Below, piece after piece: positions 21,863 to 33,000 of a stretch of 33,000 nucleotides of DNA; the stretch's first letter is position 1; each line of letters opens with the position of its first letter. Origin of the DNA: Paragordius varius (Eukaryota > Animalia > Nematomorpha). The position numbers and the translations under genes are program-made. The notes beneath the pieces are model-generated. The model saw nothing but the letters and a program-made list of their open reading frames with translations. It made no database searches and was not told the origin of the DNA. Location: assembly GCA_964247055.1 (NCBI GenBank), contig OZ176056.1, positions 9,517,001 through 9,550,000 of the forward strand. Direction: 5' to 3'.

Positions 21863-22132
21863 GACTAAAAATTAAAATTATACAGACAAAACGTTTATTA
21901 AGACTACTATTTCATATCAAAACACAATTTTGTTTATATCTGCATTTTTATAATATAACCGATTGATTTAAACTGTAAAATATATAATAGATTTAATTGG
22001 TAACTCAATCCTTATGTTTACGATTGTAATTAAATGATTTTTATAGGATAAATTAGGTTTAAAAAGGTATATTCTTTTGAAAAAACATTTTTAGCTCTAT
22101 ATTTTTACTTTTTGGTAGAATTTCAATTTGTA
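21863..22132. mobile_element. MITE copy 11 (degenerate, intergenic)
   Basis: aaaaattaaaattatacagacaaaacg at the left, family-like core, decayed right TIR; ends approximate. Confidence 0.55.
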
Positions 22133-22401
22133 TTATTTTGATTAATGTTGAATAAATCTCTAAATAAACATTTTAACATTGCATTTACAGTTAGGATCAC
22201 TGAAAAAACAATCATGATATCTTATTACTCTTTATATTATTAACCTAAGGCAACTGTATTCATTTAATTTTTAATAAAATGAAATATTTTTTTCCTAAAG
22301 ACGCTGTAAATATCCCACTAACAACGGTTTATACCAAACCCCAATAAGCCTTTTGTTTCCCAAATATATGTTATGACAGAAAAGCCAATTATATGGTTCC
22401 A

Positions 22402-22406
<5 letters not shown>

Positions 22407-22438
<32 letters not shown>
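22407..22438. repeat. (TA)16 microsatellite
   Basis: Perfect TA run. Confidence 0.95.
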
Positions 22439-22439
<1 letters not shown>

Positions 22440-23090
22440 TAGTATAAAATGTCTTAATTTTCCTCATATGGGGTATTCTTTTAAAAAGGCAAACATTAGT
22501 GGACAACCTTTTTAAAAAACCAGCTATGTTCCACGTAACATGTCATCATTTTGTCCAATCTTTTAAAATCTGGAATAAATTTATTGAACATTTATATCAT
22601 GGGACACCAAATTTAATATTTTAAGCCATGCGGTTAATTACTTTTGTTAAAGGCTGTCCAAAATATAATGAAACGCATTTGGTAAAAACCACATCTTTTT
22701 CTTTATAAAAATTGATGAATAGTTCCGCAAAGGAGATAATTTTATATGCGATGCCAAAATATACATTTAGGAGCATCTTTTGCAGGAAGCTGGGTGTGCC
22801 CTAAAAGGTAGGGACTTATAAATTTTAATTAAAATAGCATAAATTATTCAAAAATATTTTTTTTCACAATAAGTTAGATATCATTTAAATTATGTAAAAA
22901 AAAATAACCTAAAAAGAGAGTTGGAAACATTATTTTAAATCTTTTTCTATTCTGGCTACAAATTACTATAAAGTTTATCGTTATGATCCTCATTTCTCGC
23001 CTTATGTTTTTTGTTTTACGGTATATGTTAAATAGGCTCATTACTTTGCAAAAATCTTAATAACACACAGTGTTGCTTTGTGATTTTTTA

Positions 23091-23359
23091 CGGTAAAAAT
23101 TGAAATTATACGGACAAAACGTAAAAATATAAAGATTTTTTTCTAATAGAACAACATTTTTTCTAATTTTTATAATGATAACGCATTGTTTCAAACTATA
23201 AAGTAGGAAATAAAGATGTAAATTGATAGAAATCAATTATGTATTTTACAATTTCAATTAAATAATTTATATAGTTTAAATTAAAATTTAAAAAAGATTG
23301 TCTTGTAGAAAAAAATGGTTTTTATATTTGACGTTTTCTTCGTATAAAAATTTTTACTG
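23091..23359. mobile_element. MITE copy 12 (intergenic)
   Basis: TA|CGGTAAAAATTGAAATTATACGGACAAAACGTAAAAAT...TTTTTACTG|TA. Confidence 0.9.
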
Positions 23360-23583
23360 TATATTTGAGGCTAATTGGGTTTATATAAAATTGAAATTTA
23401 AACGTCTCCAAAAATTACTTTTTTAATAATAAAAAAAAGACAAAAGAACAATTTATTATTCTATTTATACTTCAAAAAAATCGATTGTAATAATTAAAAA
23501 ATTGGATTAAAATTATGATGACACAAATGAAAATGATTTAATATTTGATAAAAATATGATTAAAAAATAAGGAGTATTTATAT

Positions 23584-26500
23584 TTAATGTTTCCGGACAA
23601 TCCACGGATGAAGAAGCGAAGTCTCATCAAAATTCAGGTTAGCATCCTTTGTACCATCTATACAGAATAGTATATATATATTTATAATATTTACAGTTAA
23701 ATTCACCCTTAAAAAAATTATAGGTTTTTAGCTTAAAAATTAATTATATATTTTATATTTTTAAAAAAGCAAATCTTAAAATAATATTAAAAAAATAATA
23801 AACTATGCCAAAAGAATTAATTTCATATTAATAATGAGTTATATTAGCCCGAAAACACATAATTTATTTTTAGGATAAATTTGAATTGTTTAAGAGAGAA
23901 TTTCAATTGTAAATGGTATACTATAAATCTTTTGTAGAAAAATATTATTATACGGACATTAAAACATAATGACGAATTGACCATATTACCTTCATTTTTT
24001 AGATAAAATTCATCGTTTAGTGCAAAATAATAAATGGTTTAAATTAGGAATACTTTTTTACATTTCCAAGGGTAGTTTATATTAAAAAATCATGGGTTTA
24101 TAAATATGATCGTATATGAGATTAATATTCTATTTGATATTTCAATTACTTGTTAGGAGACTTACAACCACAGCTATAACTGCACAAAGTATGAAGCCAA
24201 TCGGGGTAACCAGGAGATAAGATAGCGAATACATCTTACTAATATAATAATATATTATATAAATTCAAAAATAACTCATAGTAAACCTGATGATGGGGAA
24301 AATATATAGCCATGATCCACGTAATAACTCCTTATCAAGAAAATTATCCAAATATATCTAATTTAAATTACTACCTATTTATCAGTATTAAGATTTTTTA
24401 ATTATTTTTGGTTGACTTTGCAATATTATTATTTGGGCCAATATCAGATAATCAAAATAACCTTTTTCTTGTTTTTACCGCATTTATAATTTCGATACCA
24501 TTTCAATGTGAGTGCGCAACATTTTAATCATCATTAGCCCTGGAAAGGCGAGTGTTAAAGCTTTTACTTGATTTTTAACTTTAATATAAAATGAAAAAAA
24601 ATCTAATATTTTTTCATCCTGGAGTTATTAATTGAATACACGAATAATAAACAATTGTTTTTTTGTGCGCTCCGGTAAGAATAAAATATATACATTTTGT
24701 AATAACTTACAAAAGTATGTAGGAACCTATACCATCACCAATCGGATTGAAGTTTTCTAAATGATAAAGAATGAATAATCTATTGTTCATAAATTATGCA
24801 AAATATAGTGTAAATTATGGTTGTATCGTAAACTATATGGATTATTATCAAATATCCGCGTAATTATAAAATAAAATTATAAAAATATTTTAAAGACATT
24901 TGGTTTTAAATGTTATTATAATAGGATAAAAAAATACTTGGTAAAATGTATTTTGGAGCCCCTTGTATTGGAAGAGAAAGGTTGGAATTTAATATATGCT
25001 CATGTAAGTCCAAACAATATTCGGATGCATTACTATAATTGTATTTCAAATCATTATTTAATCTTAATGTTAAAAATTTTGATAAAATTAATTATGTGTA
25101 TTAAATTTAACGAATATCAATATCTTTTTTTAAAATTTATTAACTTAACCGAAAAATAAATTCTGACCCATATATGTTAGTGCTGTTTATTCCATTCGAG
25201 AGTATTTGAGGCGAGGGCATCGGCAAATAGGGCGGCACAATATACTTAGCGTATTTCATAAAACCAATGCTGATAAGCAAACAAATGATATCTGTACAAA
25301 ATTTTCCGGCTAACATTCCCTATCAAAAAAAATCACATAAAATATCTTTATATATAATGCCTTATTAAAGATTAATAAATATATTAAAATAACGATATTT
25401 CGTGTTTTGCAATAAAATATACTGTGTGCGATTTACAGTAAAAATTTTAATTATAGTGACAAAACGTAAAAATATAAAGATAATTTTTTTTCAAAAGACA
25501 ACCAAACTTTTTTAAACCTTACTTTTCTTAAACAAAATATATAACTACAATTGTAAAATATATAATTGATTATTATTTTACCTATATACGTATCAATGTC
25601 AACTTTGCAGTTTAAAATGAGTTATATAAAAAAAATCAAGATTTAAAAAGTATAGTTGTCTTTTAGAAAAAAATATTGGTCTTTATATTTTTACGTTTTG
25701 TCCGCATAATTTCAGTTTTTACTGTATACTAGCTTATTCATTGTTGATCAATTTGTAATGCAAGATCGTGTGTTTTTAAACAAATTTAGTCCATAATTAA
25801 CTAAGATAGGAAAAAATTGTTTGATTTCAGCATTTTGCTGTTTTTTCCTTACACTAACTACTGTGCTCAATTGATCAACAATAAAGTGAATAAACTAACT
25901 TAAATGCGCATATGATCAAACGATATTTCCAGTACAGATACAATAATATATGGAGACAACATGCAAAAAATAAAAGACATATATTATAGCCATACTTTTT
26001 CATTAGTATTTTGTTATCATTCATTGTTTTGGGTTGAAATAGGCAATTGAGCATTAGAAAAAAATGAAAAACAGAAAAAGCGTAAAATTAAAAGACAAAT
26101 ATTTTTTTATATAAAAGACAACCATATCATATATCTTAATTTTCATATAAATTATTTAAGTTAAAAAATATAAAACTGATTGTGTTACAATGTGTTTTGA
26201 CGTCTCTATTTCCTTTGCAGTTTATGACAATCAGTTAAATTGAAAAAATCTAGTTTAAAAAAGATAGCGGTCTTTTGAAAAATACAGTCTTAATGTTATA
26301 TCCTTGTCTCTAATTTTAATTTTTACTGTAAAAAACTGGTAAAAGGGCATATGGGATGATATATTTGGACCAAACAAGTATGTATGGAAAAATAAAACCT
26401 ATTCAGCTTCTTTATTAAATATTTTAATAAAATAGATTTCTAATTTTATGATGAATATGTTATCGACAAAGCTGCCATTTTTGTGATATATGTACTGTTG

Positions 26501-29500
26501 CTAAAATATTTGTGTTAAAAAGCTAGTAACAAATGAACAATCAGAAATTTTAATTAAAATGAGATATGTAACCTTGTAATTTACCCAAGGCACAAACATT
26601 CCCAAGAAGAAAATGGCCAATTCTTGTCCACCAAAAGCACCGTTAATGGCCATGGCCGCCTATATGTTGAAATCATTAACAGTGGTATTAATATGATTGA
26701 TTTAAACAATATTAACTTTAAATTAATATATATGACTTCAAATAATTTAAATATATTTAATTTATCGAAACTCATATAAATCATATAGATTTATATTCAA
26801 TATAAATCATTGATTTGCAAGCTATGTACATTTTGATGCACATATAAAAGTTTTAGCGAAAATCTTTACAATATGGCAGCAAACGCTTTCTTGTGTTTAC
26901 TTTTAAGCAGCGTGGCCCCTATTTTTCTGCTCCTGAGAGTATAAGGGTTTCTTAAACCAAAAATACTAAATTACTTTTTACAATAAAAATTTGGTCATTA
27001 CCAAGATGTCAGTAAGGATGTACTGATTCTTTATGTTTAAAAACTACCATTATAAATGACATGCTATTAAATGATATGTAATAATAGTATTAAATGTACG
27101 TTTAAAAGTCCTTCGGCGTTTTGTACCAAGTAACCAAACGCTATCACCAGCACACCGAATATCATTGCTAGAAAAATAAAAAGTATGAATTATATATTTT
27201 TAATAGTAATAAGAAGCCACAATATAGGACACTGTTTAGTTAAAATTGTATCGTGAGCTGTTTCGTTTTCCAAATTTTACCCTTTACACCCCAATATTTG
27301 AAATATACAAATGAAGCCAAAAAAATAATCATTTAACAAAAAAATTTACCAATGATGACAGGAAATATAGTAGATAGCTTTCTATTTTTCTTTATTCTGG
27401 TCATGACAGATGGAATTAATGGGATTAAAAAGTCCTCCCAACACACGGCTGCCAATGAATTGAAACTCGATGATAACGTGCTATTTTTCATGTATAGAAT
27501 AAGGCACATTGCAATACAAATATAGTATGAATAAATATACATTTCTTGATTTTTATTATGTATTGACAGATAACATATACAGCAAAGAGAATCATTAATT
27601 GCTAAGAGCAGTAAAAAGTGTAAAACTAACTATATAACAATAGTGCCCTTTGCTTTTTATGCTATCTGTCAAAATTAATCAAATAATAGCAATGTATACT
27701 TATGTATACTGTAAATTCAGGGTCCAACATGCGACTTATGTGCGACCTGCGAAAATTTTGGAAAAAGCACAAATTATGCTCATAATTTAATAAAATGGAA
27801 GTTTCTTACATAAATTATCAATATCTATCTATTCCATAGGCAACGAACTAGAAAAATTGTCATATTGTGTATGCATTTAACAGTTATATGTTTGAAAACT
27901 TGCCAATGTGTCAAAGAGCTATGGTATATATCGATATTATATGGTGCACCGCCCATTAGCAGTTTAATGCAGCTTTTTTTGATTGTTTGGTGAGTAACAC
28001 TGTTATAAATTATCAAGCTACCAATATTTCATAAATTGATCCCGATTTAAACTTATATCAGATCAAGGTTATATCAGATTCATATAAGTAATTATTTTTT
28101 ATGTGTCTTATTATTTAGATAATATATTATAAATGTGTACTTGGAAAATTAAATATTGATAAACAATGTTATAAAAAATAATTTTAGATGAAATGGTTAC
28201 CTTAATGCACCGCTAATAAGGCATGCGAGGAATAGGCCATTTAATCCAATCAAATCTTTAAAAGACTGTAAAGCAAAGATTGGGAGTAACTAATTTAAAA
28301 AAATGATAGGTTAAAAATTATAAAGTATCAAAATATTTGTCGACATAAATAGATCATGGTAAGAGCGGTAAAAAGATTTATTGTTAGTAATTTTGATTCA
28401 GAATTTTTCTTACATATTAATCGGTCTGGTTATAACTACCAATGTTAATAAAGTATTAAAATGAGGCAAATAGTTTTATTTCCTTAAGTTAAGCGATTAC
28501 TTAGTTAGCGCATAAAATATTTTTTCAACGTAAATTTATGGCTAAATTACCATGAGCCCAAAAAATAAAAAATATTTCATAATAAGAATGTCCTTTAATA
28601 CATAGTTAAACATTTTAATTATATTTTTTAATTAAATCAATGTTTAATTAGAGCGCAGAAATTGAAATTACATTTATTTCCTTCATAAAACATCCAAATA
28701 TATGCAATGAAATATTTTAAATTACCAAATCCTTTTTGTCGAGAACGTTGAGTGAGAGCGGATCACAGTATCGGTAAGCGGCCAACATAATGAATCCCAG
28801 CGATGAAAGTGTCAATATCAGTAAAAGCAGCATGGGCAACGTAATATACAAAGTTCTACATATAAATAATATGAAATTGAATTATAGAAATATGGCAAAA
28901 AAATTTTGTCGTTCAAATTCCAAATAATTTAGGCAAATAATTAAAACAAGTTTGCTGTTTAAGTAGGCATATTTAATTCAATTCCTTATATGGCCATTAA
29001 CAAAATCACGAACCTCTGAGCATCTTTAATGGAAGGCAAGGCGACGTATCTTTGAACCGAAGGTTGAAAAACTCCATATGCCCGAATGTTCAGAAATAAA
29101 ATCCCAAAAAATATTGTCCATACACTTTGGAACACAGTTGGGTTAGGATTAAAACTAAATAGTAAAGATTTGATTAATAAAGCAAGCAAACAAATATTAT
29201 TAGATATCTGATGCCTGGACAACTGTTAGAATATGATCTTTTTATGTAAAGATAAATGGTATTTTTATAAATAAATAGGCTAATACCTATTTTTAAACAA
29301 CATTAATTCCCATTAAACGGTTGCTTATTTCACACTATAGTTGGGCAATTTGGAAAACAATAGTGTATGGAAAAAGCAACAAATTAAATAAACAATCTTA
29401 TTTTATTCGATACACTACTGTGTTGCAAATTGCCTGAGAAAACAACCATTAAAATACATACTGTAAATCTAAATCACAATTTATCTAAACCTTAAATTTA

Positions 29501-32445
29501 TTATAATTCATAACACCTCTCTTTGTGATTTCTTTTTATTTTATAATATTAGTTCATGGATATATAATAAAAGTTGAAAGGGTGAATAACCAACTATATA
29601 TTTAAATCCATATATTTAAATAATAATTAATCATTAAATATTTTTTTAATCATTTTTAATCAAAAATTTACGAGTTATAATTAAATGACTGATAGTGTTT
29701 GAACTGATATTTAAAAAAATATGAATAGTTCTCAAATGTCCGTTTTTATGAAGTTCCTAACTTACATTTCGCTTAATGTCCGATTTTTTTTGTTTTATGA
29801 TATATACCATTTGCACTTCAAGAGTGTCCTTGAACACTTTAAGTTGGTCCTTGAACAGTTGAAGTTGGTCCTTGAACTCAAGTTGGTCCTTGAACAATTC
29901 AAGTTGGTCCTTGAACACTTCAAGTTGTTCCTTAAAATTTTTAAATTTTGATTTAACCATAATTTTTGCATTTATTTTTTTATTTTATTATTTATTAACC
30001 TAATTTTCTTTATATATATTTATTCATTTAAAAATAAAAATTTTCATTCAGAAACCACTATTTTGTTTCAAACTATTTTAATTCAACAAAATTATTGACT
30101 TTTGAATGATTTTAATGAAAATTTAAATTAATAACCCAGAAAACTTATATATTTTTTCATTTCGTATTAAAATCTTACAAATATCCAAAATTATTTAAAG
30201 AAATTAATAAAGATATACGGTTTCTCAAATTTTAAAAGTATCGATTTAAAATTTATGTTAAATAACAGAAAATAGATTAAAAACAATAAAATAGATGAAT
30301 TATTTACGATTTGATTGATAAAAGTTAAAAACAAAACAAAAAAGTCCAAGGCCCAACTTGAAGGGTTCAAGGACCAACTTGAACTGTTCAAGGAGACTCT
30401 TGAAGTGCAAATAGTATATCTTAAAATTGAAGACAATAAATAAATATAATATACCAAAGGTGGTTAATTCAAATTATAAAGTATAAAATAAAATTCACCC
30501 TAATATGAATAATTATATTTTATGTAATTATAATGATGCGAATAAAAAATATTGATATTTTAAAATATTAGTATATCGGGGCAAAAGCCTAAGCATGAAA
30601 AAATCCTCGTGCTGCTTTTGTTTTTTTTACGAGTTAAACTTCAACATGCATCCTTAAGCATAGCAATCACCGTTAATATATTATCACTCCCATATTGAAC
30701 GAATATTTTATTATGATATAATCTTGATAATTTAAATCTACCTTATAATTAATAATGCTACAGAATATTTTCCATCCTTTAAAAGCAATATAAAGTAAAT
30801 GAAAATGATTGATTTAATGTTATATTTTGGCAATATAGTGCACAGTCCTTTATACTATGCACAAACCATTTAACTAGTTTTAAATGTAAGATAGGAGGTT
30901 ATCTAATAAAATGATATCAAATTTTTGAAATTAATAAATAATTTAGATAGAAGCATCTAGCTTCTAACACAAATATGATATATCACTCAAATCACAATTT
31001 TTGTTAATTTCAGCTTTTTATGATTCAAAATTCATTAACTCGCAAGTTCCTAAAAGCATCAGGTCCTGATTTTTATCAGAATAATATATTAACGGATAAT
31101 TTATGTGCATACATCGTGTACATAATTACTTGAATGTTGTTTGCATCCGCTTTAATTGGCGCGCAACATTATACACTTTGACGAAGCCACCAACTTCTTT
31201 GAAACCCTGCGTATAATAAATTGTCAGATGTTATAATAATAACCATTTTGATAGTGTTTAATAAAACTATTTATTCTATGCAAGGAAAACCGTCTTGAAA
31301 ATAAATTTACCATATATACTTATATATGTCCTATTATCTATTTTACTGGTCCCATTTTTAGGTTATAATGCAAATTGATTAAATGAAGTTTTTCTAACTC
31401 AAATCAACGTTAATTTACTGTGATCTATACACGTAAGTGTACCAAAATGAGTAATATTACCACAACAGACATTTCTAATCTGAACCTAAGAGATTGAAAA
31501 GTTTTATGATCCACTTTATTAAATAAATGTTCCTAATCATCATGTAGGTTGACAGTCCTATATACACCTTATTTTTAAAATTATATAATTATATCTGCAC
31601 CTAAAATAATATCACATAGAATTAAATTACAAGTAGTTATCTATTATTGACTATTTGTGGATTTTAGCCTCCTGCCTAATACAAACTATTAATAGAATTA
31701 AATTCATATAATTTGCGGAATATGTATTAGATACTTAGGCAGGGCCGATGACTATATTGCTCCAAAGAAAATGTTTGGTTTTAATTATATAAAAATGGAT
31801 ATACGTTTTGAAAATTGCATTAGTCACGATCTTCCATATGGAAGAATTTAATAATTTTATCTAAGAAATTCGTACACTTTAAGGGAAAATATATTAATAT
31901 CTTTAGGCCCCATACGTTTTCCAAAAAAGCTTTGAAACTTGAAATTGGCAGAATAACGTGAAATGATGGATCGAATATATAGGCTAAATAAAAAGGTGCT
32001 AAATGTTCCGGTATTGATATAACTATTAAGTCAAAGGGATAACGATATAGTTTTAAAAAACTTTTAGAGAAAGATATTTTAATATTCAAGCTGGTATATT
32101 ATGGCCAATCAAATGTTTAAATCCGATAGGCGAATTTTAAAATTGATACAAAATTTATATTTATTTCTAATAGCCGTGCATGTTCCCGAAAGTAAAATAT
32201 ATTTATTAGGCATATTTTGTTAAATATAAATTTTAAATATTAAATAATTTTAATATATATTTTAATCTATTATAATGACTATTTAAGTTTTTTCAGTCGC
32301 ATTCTTTATAATTAAATTTTTCAATATTAGAGATGAATGTTTTAATATGAAATGAAAAATGTACCTTGATAACAAGTGCAATTATGGAAATAAGTATGAT
32401 TAGAAACTGAAACACATCTGTCAATATTACCGTTTTGAACCCACC
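23584..32445 (-). CDS. SLC5 sodium:solute symporter (SMVT/SMCT/NIS-like subfamily); 3' 11 exons, 5' part outside the window
   Basis: Exons (-): 32445-32365, 31206-31130, 29154-29014, 28855-28726, 28289-28201, 27480-27350, 27167-27100, 26659-26573, 25319-25168, 24238-24150, 23657-23584 (1119 nt; all GT-AG and phase-consistent). Motifs: [87 protein letters not shown]...VVVSLLT, ending LLHPWIVRKH*. Confidence 0.92.
25436..25724. mobile_element. MITE copy 13 (SLC5 intron)
   Basis: TA|CAGTAAAAATT...TTTCAGTTTTTACTG|TA. Confidence 0.9.
25730..25897. mobile_element. Small about 170-bp MITE-like element of a different family, adjacent to copy 13
   Basis: Inverted ends tagcttattcattgttgatcaatt / aattgatcaacaataaagtgaataaacta. 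Confidence 0.55.
26055..26328. mobile_element. MITE copy 14 (degenerate, SLC5 intron)
   Basis: gcgtaaaattaaaagacaaatattttttt...aagacaaccata on the left and aattttaatttttactg|TA on the right; left end approximate. Confidence 0.65.
27718..27770 (+). mobile_element. Fragment of the hAT-type MITE family seen at 19509
   Basis: cagggtccaacatgcgac resembles aggggtgtccaacatgcggcc; no second end was found. Confidence 0.4.
29807..30414. mobile_element. Non-autonomous DNA transposon with 21-bp minisatellite arms (copy B) in an SLC5 intron
   Basis: TATA|CCATTTGCACTTCAAGAG...CTCTTGAAGTGCAAATAG|TATA. About 6 left and 3 right units; core homologous to 6815-7546 in the same orientation. Confidence 0.88.
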
Positions 32446-33000
32446 CTACATAATATAAAAAATGAAGGTATTATTATTATGAAAATATATTAACCAAAAA
32501 ATTTTAATATATAATTTTTTGTACATATTATCAATTATTCAATTCGGTAAATTAGCAAAATTATTACACTTTTGTATTGGAAAATATATTAAATTATTTA
32601 TTTAAAAAATGTATGTCGAATTAATTAACACATTGTACACATCGGAAAAAATAAATTATTCTGGGTAGACAATGTATGATACATATATGTTTTTGCCTTT
32701 GAGGCAATACCTTTATATGCCATTAATTAAGACCCAAGCAAACTATATAGTAGTATATGGTACTAAATAGATACGGAATACGAAAGATTAAAAGATAGCA
32801 ATTTTCTCAAAAATTTTATAAATTGAATATCGAATATTTTTCTTAGCGATATTGTAATTAGGAAATCAATTTATATTGTGTATTTTTTAATTTTTCTCGA
32901 TTAGTTATCCATACAGGATTTGAATCCTAAATTGGATTTTAAAATTTGCAATTCGAAAATTTATAATTTATTTTACTTTCTTATATTTTTTAAAAAGTTA

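Noticed and set aside
26850-26950. GC-richer intronic island considered as an H/ACA snoRNA
   Set aside because: I could not establish the two-hairpin structure or convincing boxes by eye; an Infernal/Rfam scan would be needed.
31820-32089. 89-aa minus-strand ORF in an SLC5 intron
   Set aside because: The flanking SLC5 exons join in phase without it and give the expected family sequence. No motif or splice support for an independent gene.

Overview
Very AT-rich eukaryotic (probably invertebrate animal) genomic DNA with spliceosomal GT-AG introns, so the supplied ORF track misses most of the coding sequence. I assembled three spliced genes by hand, checking phase at every junction. (1) Minus strand, 6119-4663: a compact gene for a signal-peptide protein with two divergent fibronectin type III-like repeats. 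(2) Plus strand, 12468-21143: a 7-exon, 303-aa S1A (trypsin-fold) serine protease with an intact His/Asp/Ser triad but an atypical S1 pocket (Asn189, Asn216, Pro226) and an extra cysteine pair. (3) Minus strand, 32445-23584: the last 11 exons of an SLC5 sodium:solute symporter of the SMVT/SMCT/NIS type, whose 5' part lies beyond the window. The rest is dominated by non-autonomous DNA transposons. These are about 14 copies of a TA-flanked, CAGT-ended pogo/Tc1-type MITE (10 of them in the protease introns, two abutting splice acceptors), two hAT-type elements, two copies of an element with variable 21-bp minisatellite arms, and three 1.1-1.4 kb foldback elements. One foldback ends in an RSS-like heptamer-23-nonamer arrangement. 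There are also two RTE-clade LINE fragments and several orphan exon-like segments. No rRNA, tRNA or CRISPR was recognised. All calls are by eye; no database search was run.
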